Part shown: piece after piece, positions 23,801 to 35,800 of the stretch
Position numbering within the stretch: position 1 is the first letter of the stretch
Layout of the letters: every line of letters starts with the position of its first letter
NCBI RefSeq assembly: GCF_018977255.1
Contig: NW_024704743.1
Coordinates: 20,276,001-20,340,000, forward strand
Direction of reading: 5' to 3'
DNA: 64,000 bases
Source of the DNA: Callorhinchus milii
Lineage: Eukaryota
The notes under the pieces: model-generated
The model's input: only the letters and a program-made list of their open reading frames with translations
Database searches by the model: none
What the model was told of the DNA's origin: nothing
Position numbers and translations under genes: made by a program

Positions 23801-26800
23801 CCACAGCTCAGAAAGGCTATTCATCCCATTGTGACTGTGCTGCCTTTTTATCTGCCATTTACCCATATCTCAGGAAATTACTCCTTTTTAGATATTGATT
23901 CAGTCTTCCTATTGAATGTTCTCAATAGCACTTTTCTTGGTCACTACCGATTTTGGTTACATCTTCAGTTTTGCAACTTCCAAAGCCAATTATGCAGTTT
24001 AAACTCAGTCTAACCCAGGCAAACAATAAAATACACTACAAGAATCGATCTTCAATCCACAGAGCAACAATAAACAAAAAGAACAACTTGTATTTTTTTA
24101 GTGCCCTTCACACAGGGTAGCACCTTTGAGCACTTAACAGCGGCAGACCATAATCATAAGGAGCAGAACATCTGGGAATCTAAATTCAACTGATTTACTC
24201 AACTATGGAATACACAGGTAGGAACACATACATTTCAAATTGAGTCATTGCAAAGGAATAGGGAGAAATTGGGCTTCTTGAAATAAGTTAGCTAGGAGCC
24301 CTTATTTTTTTTCTAGTTCAATATTAGTCTTGATTGAATCAAATAGTTGTATTCTGGACACTGATAACTTCATCCAAGTTCCTTATTCATGCCTTCATCA
24401 TGCCCAGCCTCAACTATTCACATACCCTGCTCACCAGATTTCCCAGCTCCGCCAATCTCTCTGCTGAAAGGCCAAACCACTCACCCTTCCCCAATATCAT
24501 CCTAGTAATATCATCCTAGTAAATCCCCTGTGCCCCTATATGCTATTACATCCCCCTTAAAGCGGGGTGAGCAAAACGGGATACACAATTCCGGTTTAAC
24601 TAACAATTTCTATAAGTTTAACATTTGACATTACAACACCATAAAGCCAACCTAAATTACGAGTTTGATTCCCAACTTGATGCTTGAACCCACACCTAGA
24701 GACGAGAGTGCTACCAAATGAGCTAACACCAAAGGTCTGCACTTAAAACTTTTTAAAATTAGTAGTACAGTATATGCTACACTAAGTAGTTCTTCTACAA
24801 CAGCAAGAACTGTGGGACAATGATAGTGGTGGAAACAGAATATTCAGAGCCAGATCTTCCAGGAAGTTGCAACCACAAGAATGGTGACATTGCTCTTCAA
24901 ATAATTTTTTCGAAATGATAGGTTTTACACTTTTCTTTCCATCTTACCTGATAACGCTGTGGTAATGACTTCAGGGCGCAATAAAACCAGATTCCAATCT
25001 GACACGGCAACAGGTCCTGCCACTGAGGTTTTACAATAGATCTGCAAGACAGCCACAATAAAACAAAATACAGTTACTCCATTTAACAGCAAGTCACTCA
25101 GGTGCAATTTAGTACAGTTCAATGCTGTCGATATAACTTCTATTTGAGTGCCCAATCTGGTTTGATAGCAACATACTGTGCAATGGAATTTCCTTTGAGC
25201 ATCGGGTTCATTATAAAAAAATATATATTTGGTCGATTAATCCAAGACTATTTGTGGGACACTGCTGTGCACAATTGGCTACCACGTTTCGCCGACAAAA
25301 TATACAGTCAATTCACTTTACAGTATACCCTATGAAGCCCTTCGAGATATCTCAAAGACAGGATAAGGCACTAAATCAAATGCAAGGATTATTATAATTA
25401 TACACACGTGAGCTTTGATAGTAAGTACATTCCAGCCCTGTTAAACACGTTTCACTTTAGTGTGATTTTACACAAGGTGGCTGTACTGTGGACTCCATTC
25501 ACTGATCATCTGCGCAGCAGCCCACTCGAATTCCGTGCACTATCTGGCGTGTCACACTAAAATGGTCAACATCCAAATCATCAGGTCAGTCAATTTCCTG
25601 TGTTCTGCAAAAGGGACCACTGTCCCAGAAGTCAGGGCAAATGTCACCAATAGTGTCACTTCCGGCTTCCAGCGCTGACTGGCTTCCTGTTCGTGCTCAG
25701 AAAAGTAGCCAGTTAGCACCAGAAGCCAAAAACTTCCAGTCCACAGAACATTCTCGTTGTAAACAGATTCAAGCTATATGGACATACATTAGAAAACAAA
25801 GATTACTTTGGAAACATTGGCTTTGGGAGCCACCTCAAAGTATTCAACCCATAGACTGAATGGCCACCCCCCTGTTCCTATACTGTATATAAAATATTAA
25901 ATAAACTAAATTATTAGGCTTGTTACACTCCAGCAGTAACACACTCTGGGGTCCCAAAGCTTTCGTTCTTACCAACTGCACCTATTACTCTCCGAAATTA
26001 GATAAGCAAGATGTGCCCATCAGAGGAAAGAGAGGGCATTCCATTGCAAGCACGGGAGTTTCCATGTGTAGGTGGGATGTACGGAACTCTCAGTTTGGTA
26101 AACACAACAACAACAACCTTACATGTGTATAGCCCCTTTCAAGTCGGGAAAAATACATCAAGAAGGTCCTTGTTGAGTATACAATTGAAATGAAATATTC
26201 TATACATTCAGAAAAAACATTTACTCAAAGAGTAAATATAATTTAGCAGTTAAAGCAACATGTTACTATCTGGCATGATGGGAGTGTTAATATATTACCA
26301 GGAGAGCTTTAGTGGATAGAATTGCATTTACTCACTCACTTCATCTCTTCAGTGGGGAATGCGGGAAGTATTTTCTGTTTCAAAATAGGGGGGAAAAAAA
26401 GAGCACAATTCACTGGCACTAGAAACTGGATGCATTACTGAGAGGGATAAAACTCATATTTGCTCTGGACACAAATCCTGGAAGGTGCGTTGCCACCAGG
26501 TCGAAGACTAAGGACCATTGAGGAACAAATAGAACACCTGCTGTAGGAGGAGGGCAAATATCTACAGGTTGCCGTACCTATAGGAATCAGCAATTATAGG
26601 TAAAAAGAGGATAGGAGGCCTGGAACAAAATTTTAAGGATTTAATTGTTAGGTTACAGAGAAGGACCTCCAGGGTTGTAATCTCTGGATTACCCCCAGAG
26701 CCACGTGCAAGGTTAAATCAGGAGAGGCAGATTAAGGAAATCTGTGACCTATGAAATGGTGCAGGCAGAAGGGGTTTAGACTCATTAGGACACATTCCAG

Positions 26801-29800
26801 GACAAGGGCTGATTGTACAGATGGGTCGGCTTGCATTTTGACAGATAGAAAATCAAATAATATGGAAAGGCAAAAAAGTACAAAACAATAGAAAGCAGGA
26901 AAAGTGAATAGAAAAATAAACTAGTTAAAATGTTTATATACAAATACACAGTTAGACATGGATGAACTATTTGGGAAAAGGGATGTGATGTAAAAGCACT
27001 AACTGAAATGTAACTTCAGTTTAAGCAAGATTGGGACTATACATTCCTGGGTACAGCATTTTCAGAAGGGATAGAGAAGTGAGATCAGATGAAGGGAGGT
27101 GCTAGTAACCATAGATTAAACTACTGAAGTATTAAATGGGAAAGGGTAATCCATAAAGCAAGGTTCATAAAGAGGCTTTCTAGGTAGAAATAAGCAGTGA
27201 AAGGGAAGTAGATGAACACCTTTCTCTGAGAGCTGGTGCAGACTCCATGGGCTTATTTTCCCTAAAATTCTTTACCACATTAAATCATACAAATCAGCAA
27301 ATTCATACCCATAACATTCCTACGTCTCAGAGGATGAGAACCTCTGAACATGCAGAATCTGAAAGCCCTAGGTACGATCCATGGTGAGGTCAAAGATCTC
27401 AGCTGATCAGTCGTGGGATACAACAATTTCCTTCACAGTTTCCAGTTGGGAGGAGGGATTTGGAAGCAAAATGATCACCCACGTTCCCTCTCCTAACTCT
27501 AGGCATGGTTCCCTGCTGGAAAGTGAGAATAAAATTAGGATTCTGGAATGCTTCCCTCTTCTTTTCCCCTCCCCACAGCTGAATCAGTTACCAACACTCT
27601 CCCCTCTGGTGAGATAATTATAAATATCCCCAAATTTATTTAAAATTACTTTTCTCCATAAATTGCTTTTGTTCTGAAGCACAAGAAAACCTAAACAAAT
27701 GCATCCTTATATTCAGCTACACCAGGGTTGATCAATTCTTAGGAAAAAAAATGCATTTGAAGTCTTATCATTCAAAAAAAATTGCAATTTTTGTTAGCAG
27801 TTCAAAGCTTTGATGAGCCAGAAGGCAATTTTTGCAGCTTTAACCCTGTAAATAATAGCAAAATTATTGGTTGTAATGTTTTCTGAAATGTTAAAAGTCT
27901 TCTCTCTCCAACTCAAATTCGCAACCTGAAGGCCAGATACCTTTTGCAGCTGGGAGGGCAGCATCATTTTTGAATCGAACACATTGCTGCTCTCTGGTCA
28001 TCTTTCCAGAAGATTTATTTGAGGGGAGAGAAGGGAAACAGCTTTCTCCTCTCCCTCCTAACTCTTCCAAACAACTGGGTTTCTTACTAAATAAATTGAC
28101 AAGTATAATCTGTATAATGCAATTGTCAACTGAGTAACAGGCTTGCCTTTCATTTGAAATCTCTATGGTATTGTCTCTTGACAACATGAATGATAGATGG
28201 GCTGGGCAAAACAGCAACACAATGCATATTCAAACACAGTTCAATAATTTTTTATTTTACACTCTTGGAGTACACTTAAATTTGTGAATAAAATCAATCA
28301 ATTTTGATGACTACGATAGCAGAAAATGAGGGAAAGCTCTGTTTTATTTTTCTTAAAGCAATTTCAAATAAATCATTGACTATTTTTCTTTCGATGTTTT
28401 TCTTTAAAATCCTCCATTTGCAAGTCATTCTAATTTCTCAATTGTGTGGGAAAAAAGATAAACAAAATGCAAGAACAATGCACATTTTGTGATCATAAAA
28501 ATAACCCATTGTGTTTGTTATTCATCCACTGAACAGCATATTCAGCTGCAGTACAAGGCACGCTAAGGTACCACAAGTTAGACTGCAAGTCATGCAATGC
28601 AAGTCAACTTGTAAACAAAATAATTAATCTCAGTATTCAACCCGAATATTTTCTCCCTCCTGTTGTAGTTGTACATTCTGAAAATCTGAAATACAGAAAT
28701 CAAATGCATAGAGCATTCAAATGTTACAAATACAAAAATTAACACAATTTAACCCAGAAGAGAGATCAAGTGGGAAAGAATCAGACACAGGCTGTCATTG
28801 TATTTGAAGTTCACAAAAATTAGATATTGGGTTATATCTTATTTTGTCAAATCTAGATAGCAAACCCTTTAGATTATTAATAAAATCTTTACTGGACTAT
28901 GATTTTCTGGTTGGCAAGAAAGTTTTCTTTAAAAAATCTGACAATTTTCCCTGAAAGGGGGAGAATTTGAATAACTACTGATACCTCAATGCTTATGTTT
29001 CCTTTTACTTTTTCAAAAAAATAAGGGAATCTGGGAAGTTAGCTTTATGTCTGTAGAACCTGGGAAAGAAAAATATAGTCTCTTACAGACACGACAGACT
29101 ATGCATTAAAATAGAATGATTTACAGGGAAGAGGCAACTAATATGTTTAGCTTTTACTTACCATTTCAGACTTGCTGCCTTTTCTACACCAGTGAGGCTG
29201 TTGCATCACTAAAACATAACCAACAATTCAAACAGTCTCTTGCAGCAGTAACTGCCAGTAAAAAAAAAATTTATTATTCTCTGAGGAAACTATCATGGCC
29301 TGCATGGAGCAAAATCCTGGCCAGAGTGCTTCAAAACTTACTGTCAATCTGTTTTGGGGAAGGAGAAATGTACTACAATTTTTTTAAAAAAAGTACAGGT
29401 GTTTCATTAATTTTCTATTGAGAACAAAATATTATGAGGCAAATATAACCTTCATCTTTATCAGTTTTACATATAGTATTAATTCCCTGAACTGTAACAT
29501 TCAATAACTCCCATTTCTATCCTAAGGATCAGATACACTGCTCCTAACATTGCAAGGGACTGACACAGCTAAAACAAGGCAGCCTACTTTGAGGTGCCTC
29601 TTTTCTGCCTTTGCCAAACTCTGCTAGTACTAATACTTTTTCATTCTGTTCATGCACATATACAAAAATTGATCATTCATAGCATGGCTTTTTGTGGGAC
29701 ATTACTGTGTGCAACTGAACGGATGTGTTTGCCTACAGATACATCAAAGCAACTCCCGTGAATCGCTTTAAGATATCCTCCCGATGTGAAAGGCGCAAAA

Positions 29801-32800
29801 CCAAATAAACTCTTCAGCTTCACCCCCCACCCCCAACTCAGGTGCCAAGCCAGCAGTTCAAATCGCTTTCAGATACCCTCCCCAAATGGAAAGGACTATA
29901 TAAATGTAAAAGAGAGGTAAATGGTGTCTCTTTGAGATAAGCTAGCTCCAAGAGGGCACATCTGGCAATGCAATATCACAATCACGTTGCTCCTCTATGC
30001 AGTCTCAGTAGCCCAGTACCTGAGCCAGACAGGGTGCACAGAGCACCAAGATACTGTTGATGACAAACCAGACAGGCTGCCTCATCAAAAAACTTGGATC
30101 AGCAGAGGGCAGGGAATCTTCCCACTTGGTTTTTGTTATCGCTGGAAACTAAAGCCCTAATGTGTAGACAAAACCATAGAAATTTACTGCACAGAGTGTG
30201 ACTATTTGGCCCATCGTGTCTGTGCCGGGTTCCCTCAAGAGCAATTAAATTTCATTTGCCATTTCTCTGCCGAATCAACTAATCAGCCTATGGCTTATAA
30301 GCTTCTTCATTGTCAGTTACTGTTCTGCTGTCACCTGCAAACTTAGAAATTGTGCCGCTTCCACCAGAATCCAGGTCATTTATGTAAATAAAATCAATGG
30401 TCCTAGTACTGACGCCTGGGGGTCACCACTATTTGCAATCTCTCTATTGAGAATAACAATCCTGTAATGCCACACACTATTTCCTGTCCTATAACCAACT
30501 TTCTATCCATGCTGATACCTTTCCATTAATAACGCTCACTCTAATTTCTTTTTTTAGACACAAGCCTCCTGTGCAGCATCTTATCAAAAACTTTCTGAAA
30601 ATCCATATATACCATATCTACAGCATTATCTTCATCTATTTTTTATTTATCTTATCAAAAGGCTCGATTAGACAAGCAAGACTTGTCTTTAACAAATCCA
30701 TCCTGACCGTTTAAATCAACCTATATCTTTCCAAGTAATTTTTAATATTTTCCCATATGATAGCTTCTATAAATTTGCACACTGTGGAAGTTAGACTAAT
30801 TACCTAGCCGGTCTTGTTCTCCCCTTTTAAACAGAGGTGTTACATTAACTGTTTCCAGTCTCCTGGCACAACATTTGACTCCAAGGATATTTTTAAAAAT
30901 TACAGTAAGAGCATATACTTCAGTAAACTCCTGAGAACCTACCCTATCTTAACTTGTCACTACCTACCCTTTATGTCATCATGCTGTCAATATCCTGGCC
31001 GCATTTATTTATGTAAATGCACAGTAAATGCACTTTACACTTTCCTGTGAAGCGCTTTGAGACATCTCAATGACGTAATAAGGCGCTATATCAAATGCAA
31101 GGATTATTATTATGTACTTATACATAACTCGTCACTCCAGATAACTCGTCACTGAGCCTTTTTCCTTTGGAGTGACGAGTTATCAAGAGTTTACTGCATT
31201 CCCTCCCTGACTTCCCTCAACATTCTTGAATGCATACATAATAATAATCCTTGCATTTATATGGCGCCTTATCACGTCTTCAAGGCGCCTCAAAGCCTTT
31301 CACGAAATATACTGTAAAGTGTAGAGACTGTATTTTTGGGGTGAAAGGCAGCAGCCAATTGCGCACAGCAGTGTCCTACAAACAGTCGTGGATTGAGTGA
31401 ACAATTTATTATTATTTTGATTATTAACCACCAGAAAACAACTAAATATATATATATACACACACACAAAAATAAATATATATGGAAAGTGATCCGCCAA
31501 TCAACTAGCAACCAATATACACATATATTCAAAAATATATTTAAAAATATATATACCAGGTCCTCTTTCCATGAATCTCTTCAGCATCACTTCCTTTTCT
31601 AAAGTTATCCCTTCCAATTACTGCACTTCCTCCTTATTCGTATACACTAAATGTCTCACTACCACTCCCTTCTGTAAAAATTGAGGCTGAATACTCATTA
31701 AGTATCTCTGCCATACCTTCATTTTCTATGACTAAATATCCCTTTTCATTTCCAATTGGTCCTACCCTTTCTTTAACTATTCTTTTACTTCTCCTGCTGT
31801 TATAAAATCCTTTAGTATATTTCAATTGAAGTCCCCAATTATTATGACCCTGTTATTTCTGCACTTCTCCCTGATTTCTCTACTGATTTCTTCCTCCATC
31901 TGATCGTTCGGTGGTCAATAATAAATTCTTAACAGAGTAATACTTCCCTTCTTATTTATTTCTCACCTCTGTTCAACTTTTTCACCCACCCTTCCATCAT
32001 CCTTGTGTTCTAGCACTGCATTAAAATCCTTGATTATTACTGCCTTCACCCTGTTTTCCTACTCTGTCTCTTCTAAACATTTGGTCGGAATATTTATTTC
32101 CCAGTCCACGGGAAAGCTTGCCAGACAGCAATATCGATGGCAGGCTATACGGTTTTAGCTGGTTAGGTATCCCAACACATCCTCTGGGGTACCCATACCT
32201 TGGCTCTTGCCAACCTGTGCCTATTGCTTTCCGGAATTAGGTGAACAGGATGAGTCCCTCCAAGGAGAGAGTGCACATTCCATTCCAACAATCTATCTCT
32301 GGAATATCCATGCTGAGGTGGGATGCATGGTTTAGCTTGGTTTGGATACTCTTAAGCATGGTGATGGGTTTCCACATGTGTCACACACCCGGCTGACCAA
32401 AAAAGTCAATTGCAACTCCCTGATTAATTTCATAGCTGAGATCAGCTAACTCAACATAGACCTGGGATTGAACAAAGGATGTTTCAGGTCTGTATGGCTA
32501 TGTTTCACACGGGTGCGCCTTCGCCAAGTGGTCTATCACTGCATCTTGCCTAACTTGCATAATAGAATAAGAAGGCTGTTGTTGCATTTATAGTACCTAA
32601 TTTGCATTACAATGCTTCCTTTAAAAGCAGTTCTGGGCATATGCTATGTTCACCTCCTGCTGGCAAAACCACTCTATTTACTCTGTGGGACAGTCTCATC
32701 AATAAAGATTAAAGAAAACCACGAAACATACCAACTACAAGCCCACCTGTTTCCTGCCCATCGCAAACATTCCACAAATTTTTAGGGCATAACTGTAATT

Positions 32801-35800
32801 CACCCAAATATTTTGTAGAGAAGCAATCTATAATTTTGAGGAAAAAAACATTTTTTGGTCAACATACGCAGAAAAGTCACTGAGCGCTCAAAAACGGATT
32901 TAACTGTAGAATGAATCGCAACAGGAGGCAGGGAACCACATTTAATCATTATCTGTGGACGCTGTACTATTACAATCCAGTGGTGGACAACTATAAAAGT
33001 TTCAACAAAACACAAAATACTGCAGATGCTGGAAATCTGAAACAAAAACATAAGTCGCTAAGAACACTCAGCAGGTCAGGCAGCATCTATGGAGAAAGGA
33101 AAGTGAGTCAATGTTTTGGGTCTACAACTCTTCGTCAGAACTGGGGTGTGTTGGGAGGGTGAGGCTTTTAAGGACTAACAGAGAAGGGGGAGGCAGGGCA
33201 AGGAATATAAAAGAGAAAATGGGGAAGAGGACAGGGGATGATGCTGCCTGACCTGCTGAGTGTTCCCAGTGATTTCTGTTTTTGTTTCAGATTTTTTGTT
33301 TCATTTGCAGTATTTTGCGTTTTGTTTATATTTAATTCACTGCCAGTTCTCTTCTAAGGAGTATTGCTCTTCTCTTCGACGTGACTTTCGTTCTTCCCCC
33401 TTATCCTGCTCACCTTCTTTGCTCATCATTAACACCTCTTTACCCCATTATCCCCTGTCCTCTACTCTTTTGTCTTCCTTGCCATGTCTCCCCCCTCTCT
33501 ATTAGACGTTAAAAGCCTCTCCCTCCCAACATGCCCAGTTGTGGACCCTTCATCAGACTCAATTTCCTTTCTCATTAGATGCTGCCTGATCTGCTGCCTT
33601 CCCAGTAACTTCTGTTTTCGTATGAAAGTTACAGTTTAGTTGGGATTTGTATAATTGCAGTGTTGAGAACAATAGAAAAGAGATAAACCGTACACTGATT
33701 CAGATCCCAGGTTACCACGGAATGAATAAAAATCTACTCCAGTGACATCGTGCAATATAGAGGGGATGCAGGTCATAAACTCACAACTACACATCCATAT
33801 CCTTGATTCTCAAAGTCAGCCAAACTCTTCAGGGTGTGCAACAACAACAAGATTACATTTGTATAGCGCCTTTCACGTCGGGAGGACGTCACAAGGCGCT
33901 GGACAGAGTACAGCATTTCAGACCCGAGCTGGGGTTGGGGGGGAAGGGAGGGGAGGGGAAGGGGGGTGGCTGATGGCATGGTTGAAGAGGAGGCTCTTGA
34001 GGCGGGACTTGAAGGAGGCTAAGGAGGGGTGAGGCGGAGTGACTTGGGGATGGAATTCCAGAGGTTGGGGGCAGAGTGGCTGAGGCTCTCCCGCAATGGT
34101 GGGGCGGGTGGGTTGGGGGTCATGGAGCAGACCGGAGCCGGCTGAGCGGAGGGAGTGGGCGGGTTGGTAGGGGGTTAGGAGGTCGCAGAGGTAGGGTGGG
34201 GCGAGGCCATGGAGGGCTTTGTATGTGAGGACCAGGACCTTGAACTGGATCCTTTGAAGGATAGGGAGCCAGTGGAGTCGGGCGAGAGTGGGGGAGATGG
34301 GGTCACGGAGTTTGGTGCGGGACAGGACATGGGCTGCAGAGTTCTGGATTATCTGCAGCCTGTGGAGGGAGGAGTTGGGAAGGCCGACAAGCAGGACGTT
34401 TGCACAGTCGAGCCTGGAATTGATGAAGACATGAACAAGAGTTTCAGCGGCCTGAAGGGTAAGGTAGTGGAGGAGTCGGGCGATGTTACTGTGTAGGGTG
34501 TAGTGATATAAACTCACTCAAATAGTTTTTGGCACAAAATGTTCTAAAGTCCACTGAAACATTCATTTGACCAATGGAAAGAAAAAGACCATCATAAAAT
34601 CATAAACTCTCAGTGTTATATAATCTTGCAGAAAATGTTGCAATACAACTTCTAATTTTTTATTTCCATTAATTTTGCTCAGAGCCAACAAACTTAACAG
34701 AGCAATGAAAAAGCACAGGATCAGATTTGACTTTCAAACGTTCAAACTTTACAATGTGCAACATGCACAGGATCAACAACAAAAATAAGACTCCACTAAT
34801 TAAAAACTGTCAGCAAGCAACATTCAGACTATAAATCCAAAAGAACAGCTATGAGAAGCCGAGATTATCTGTTCAGAAAACTACTAGTTGTTACCGGAAG
34901 AAAGGAAACTCAAGGTTAAGGCACCATAATTTGGTTTGTTCAATTAGCCTCCATCCATCTTTTTTACAACCTCTCTTAATGAAAGCATTTTTCAATTCCG
35001 AACCCTAAGATTACCTTTACTAAAACATTCCCATCCCCGTTACATTCACACAAGCTGACAACCTGATCAGAGACTGCAGCATAAACAAACCAATACATTA
35101 AAAGTAACATCATCCACTGTTCAGTAGAGCATTAGTCATAAATACCATGAGAAAAAGAGGTGCAGAAGATCCTCTACTTTCTATTCTACATCAATCTTGT
35201 GCCCATCCTTGCTGTGCAAACGGTTTGAACCCTTTCTTACAACTTAGGAGCCAAGTATATGTAAACAAAATAGTGGTTGAATGTCAGATAACCTTATAAC
35301 TCCTCTGATCATTCAATTAATCAGTTAAAATCATTTGAGAACCTCTTTTTAAGATCCTACTTTTTTCATCCCATTCCCACATCTCTCAACCCCATACAAC
35401 CATACAGATTTAACAAGTTCAGTTGAGTGCATTTAAAACTCATTAATATAGATCACCATTCTTCTCAAGATCAACATATCTCCTTACACACAAACGATAT
35501 TTTCAGTTCCACAGCTGCCCCAAGAATCCTACTAATGTCCAGGTTTCTTTTTCCCCAGTAAACAAGTCATTGTATTGATTTCAGGTGGATTTCATACATC
35601 AATGACCCTTGTATACTCGAGCAAAAATGTTTGGTACAATGGCATTGCGCAGTACTAGTAATAGTTTAGATTACCATGTCCTTGACCGGTTCCACTGGCT
35701 CCCCATCCCCCAGAATTGTATGATCCTCATCCTCAATTTTAAAGCCCTCCACAGTCTTGCCCCTCCCTACCTCTGCGACCTGATAAAACCTTTCCAATCT

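Larger units (their letters stand above)
30174..32110 (-). mobile_element. CR1 LINE (fragmented; interrupted by SINEs at ~30990-31510)
   Basis: Minus strand: VIIGDFN (EN, ~31830), [33 protein letters not shown] (31634-31825), [24 protein letters not shown] (~30330-30430), CR1-like 3' UTR at ~30174-30240. Confidence 0.82.

Noticed and set aside
33918..34517. 199-aa ORF as a domesticated gene
   Set aside because: It is the C-terminus of a young 5'-truncated L2 with frameshifts near its end; openness reflects recent insertion.
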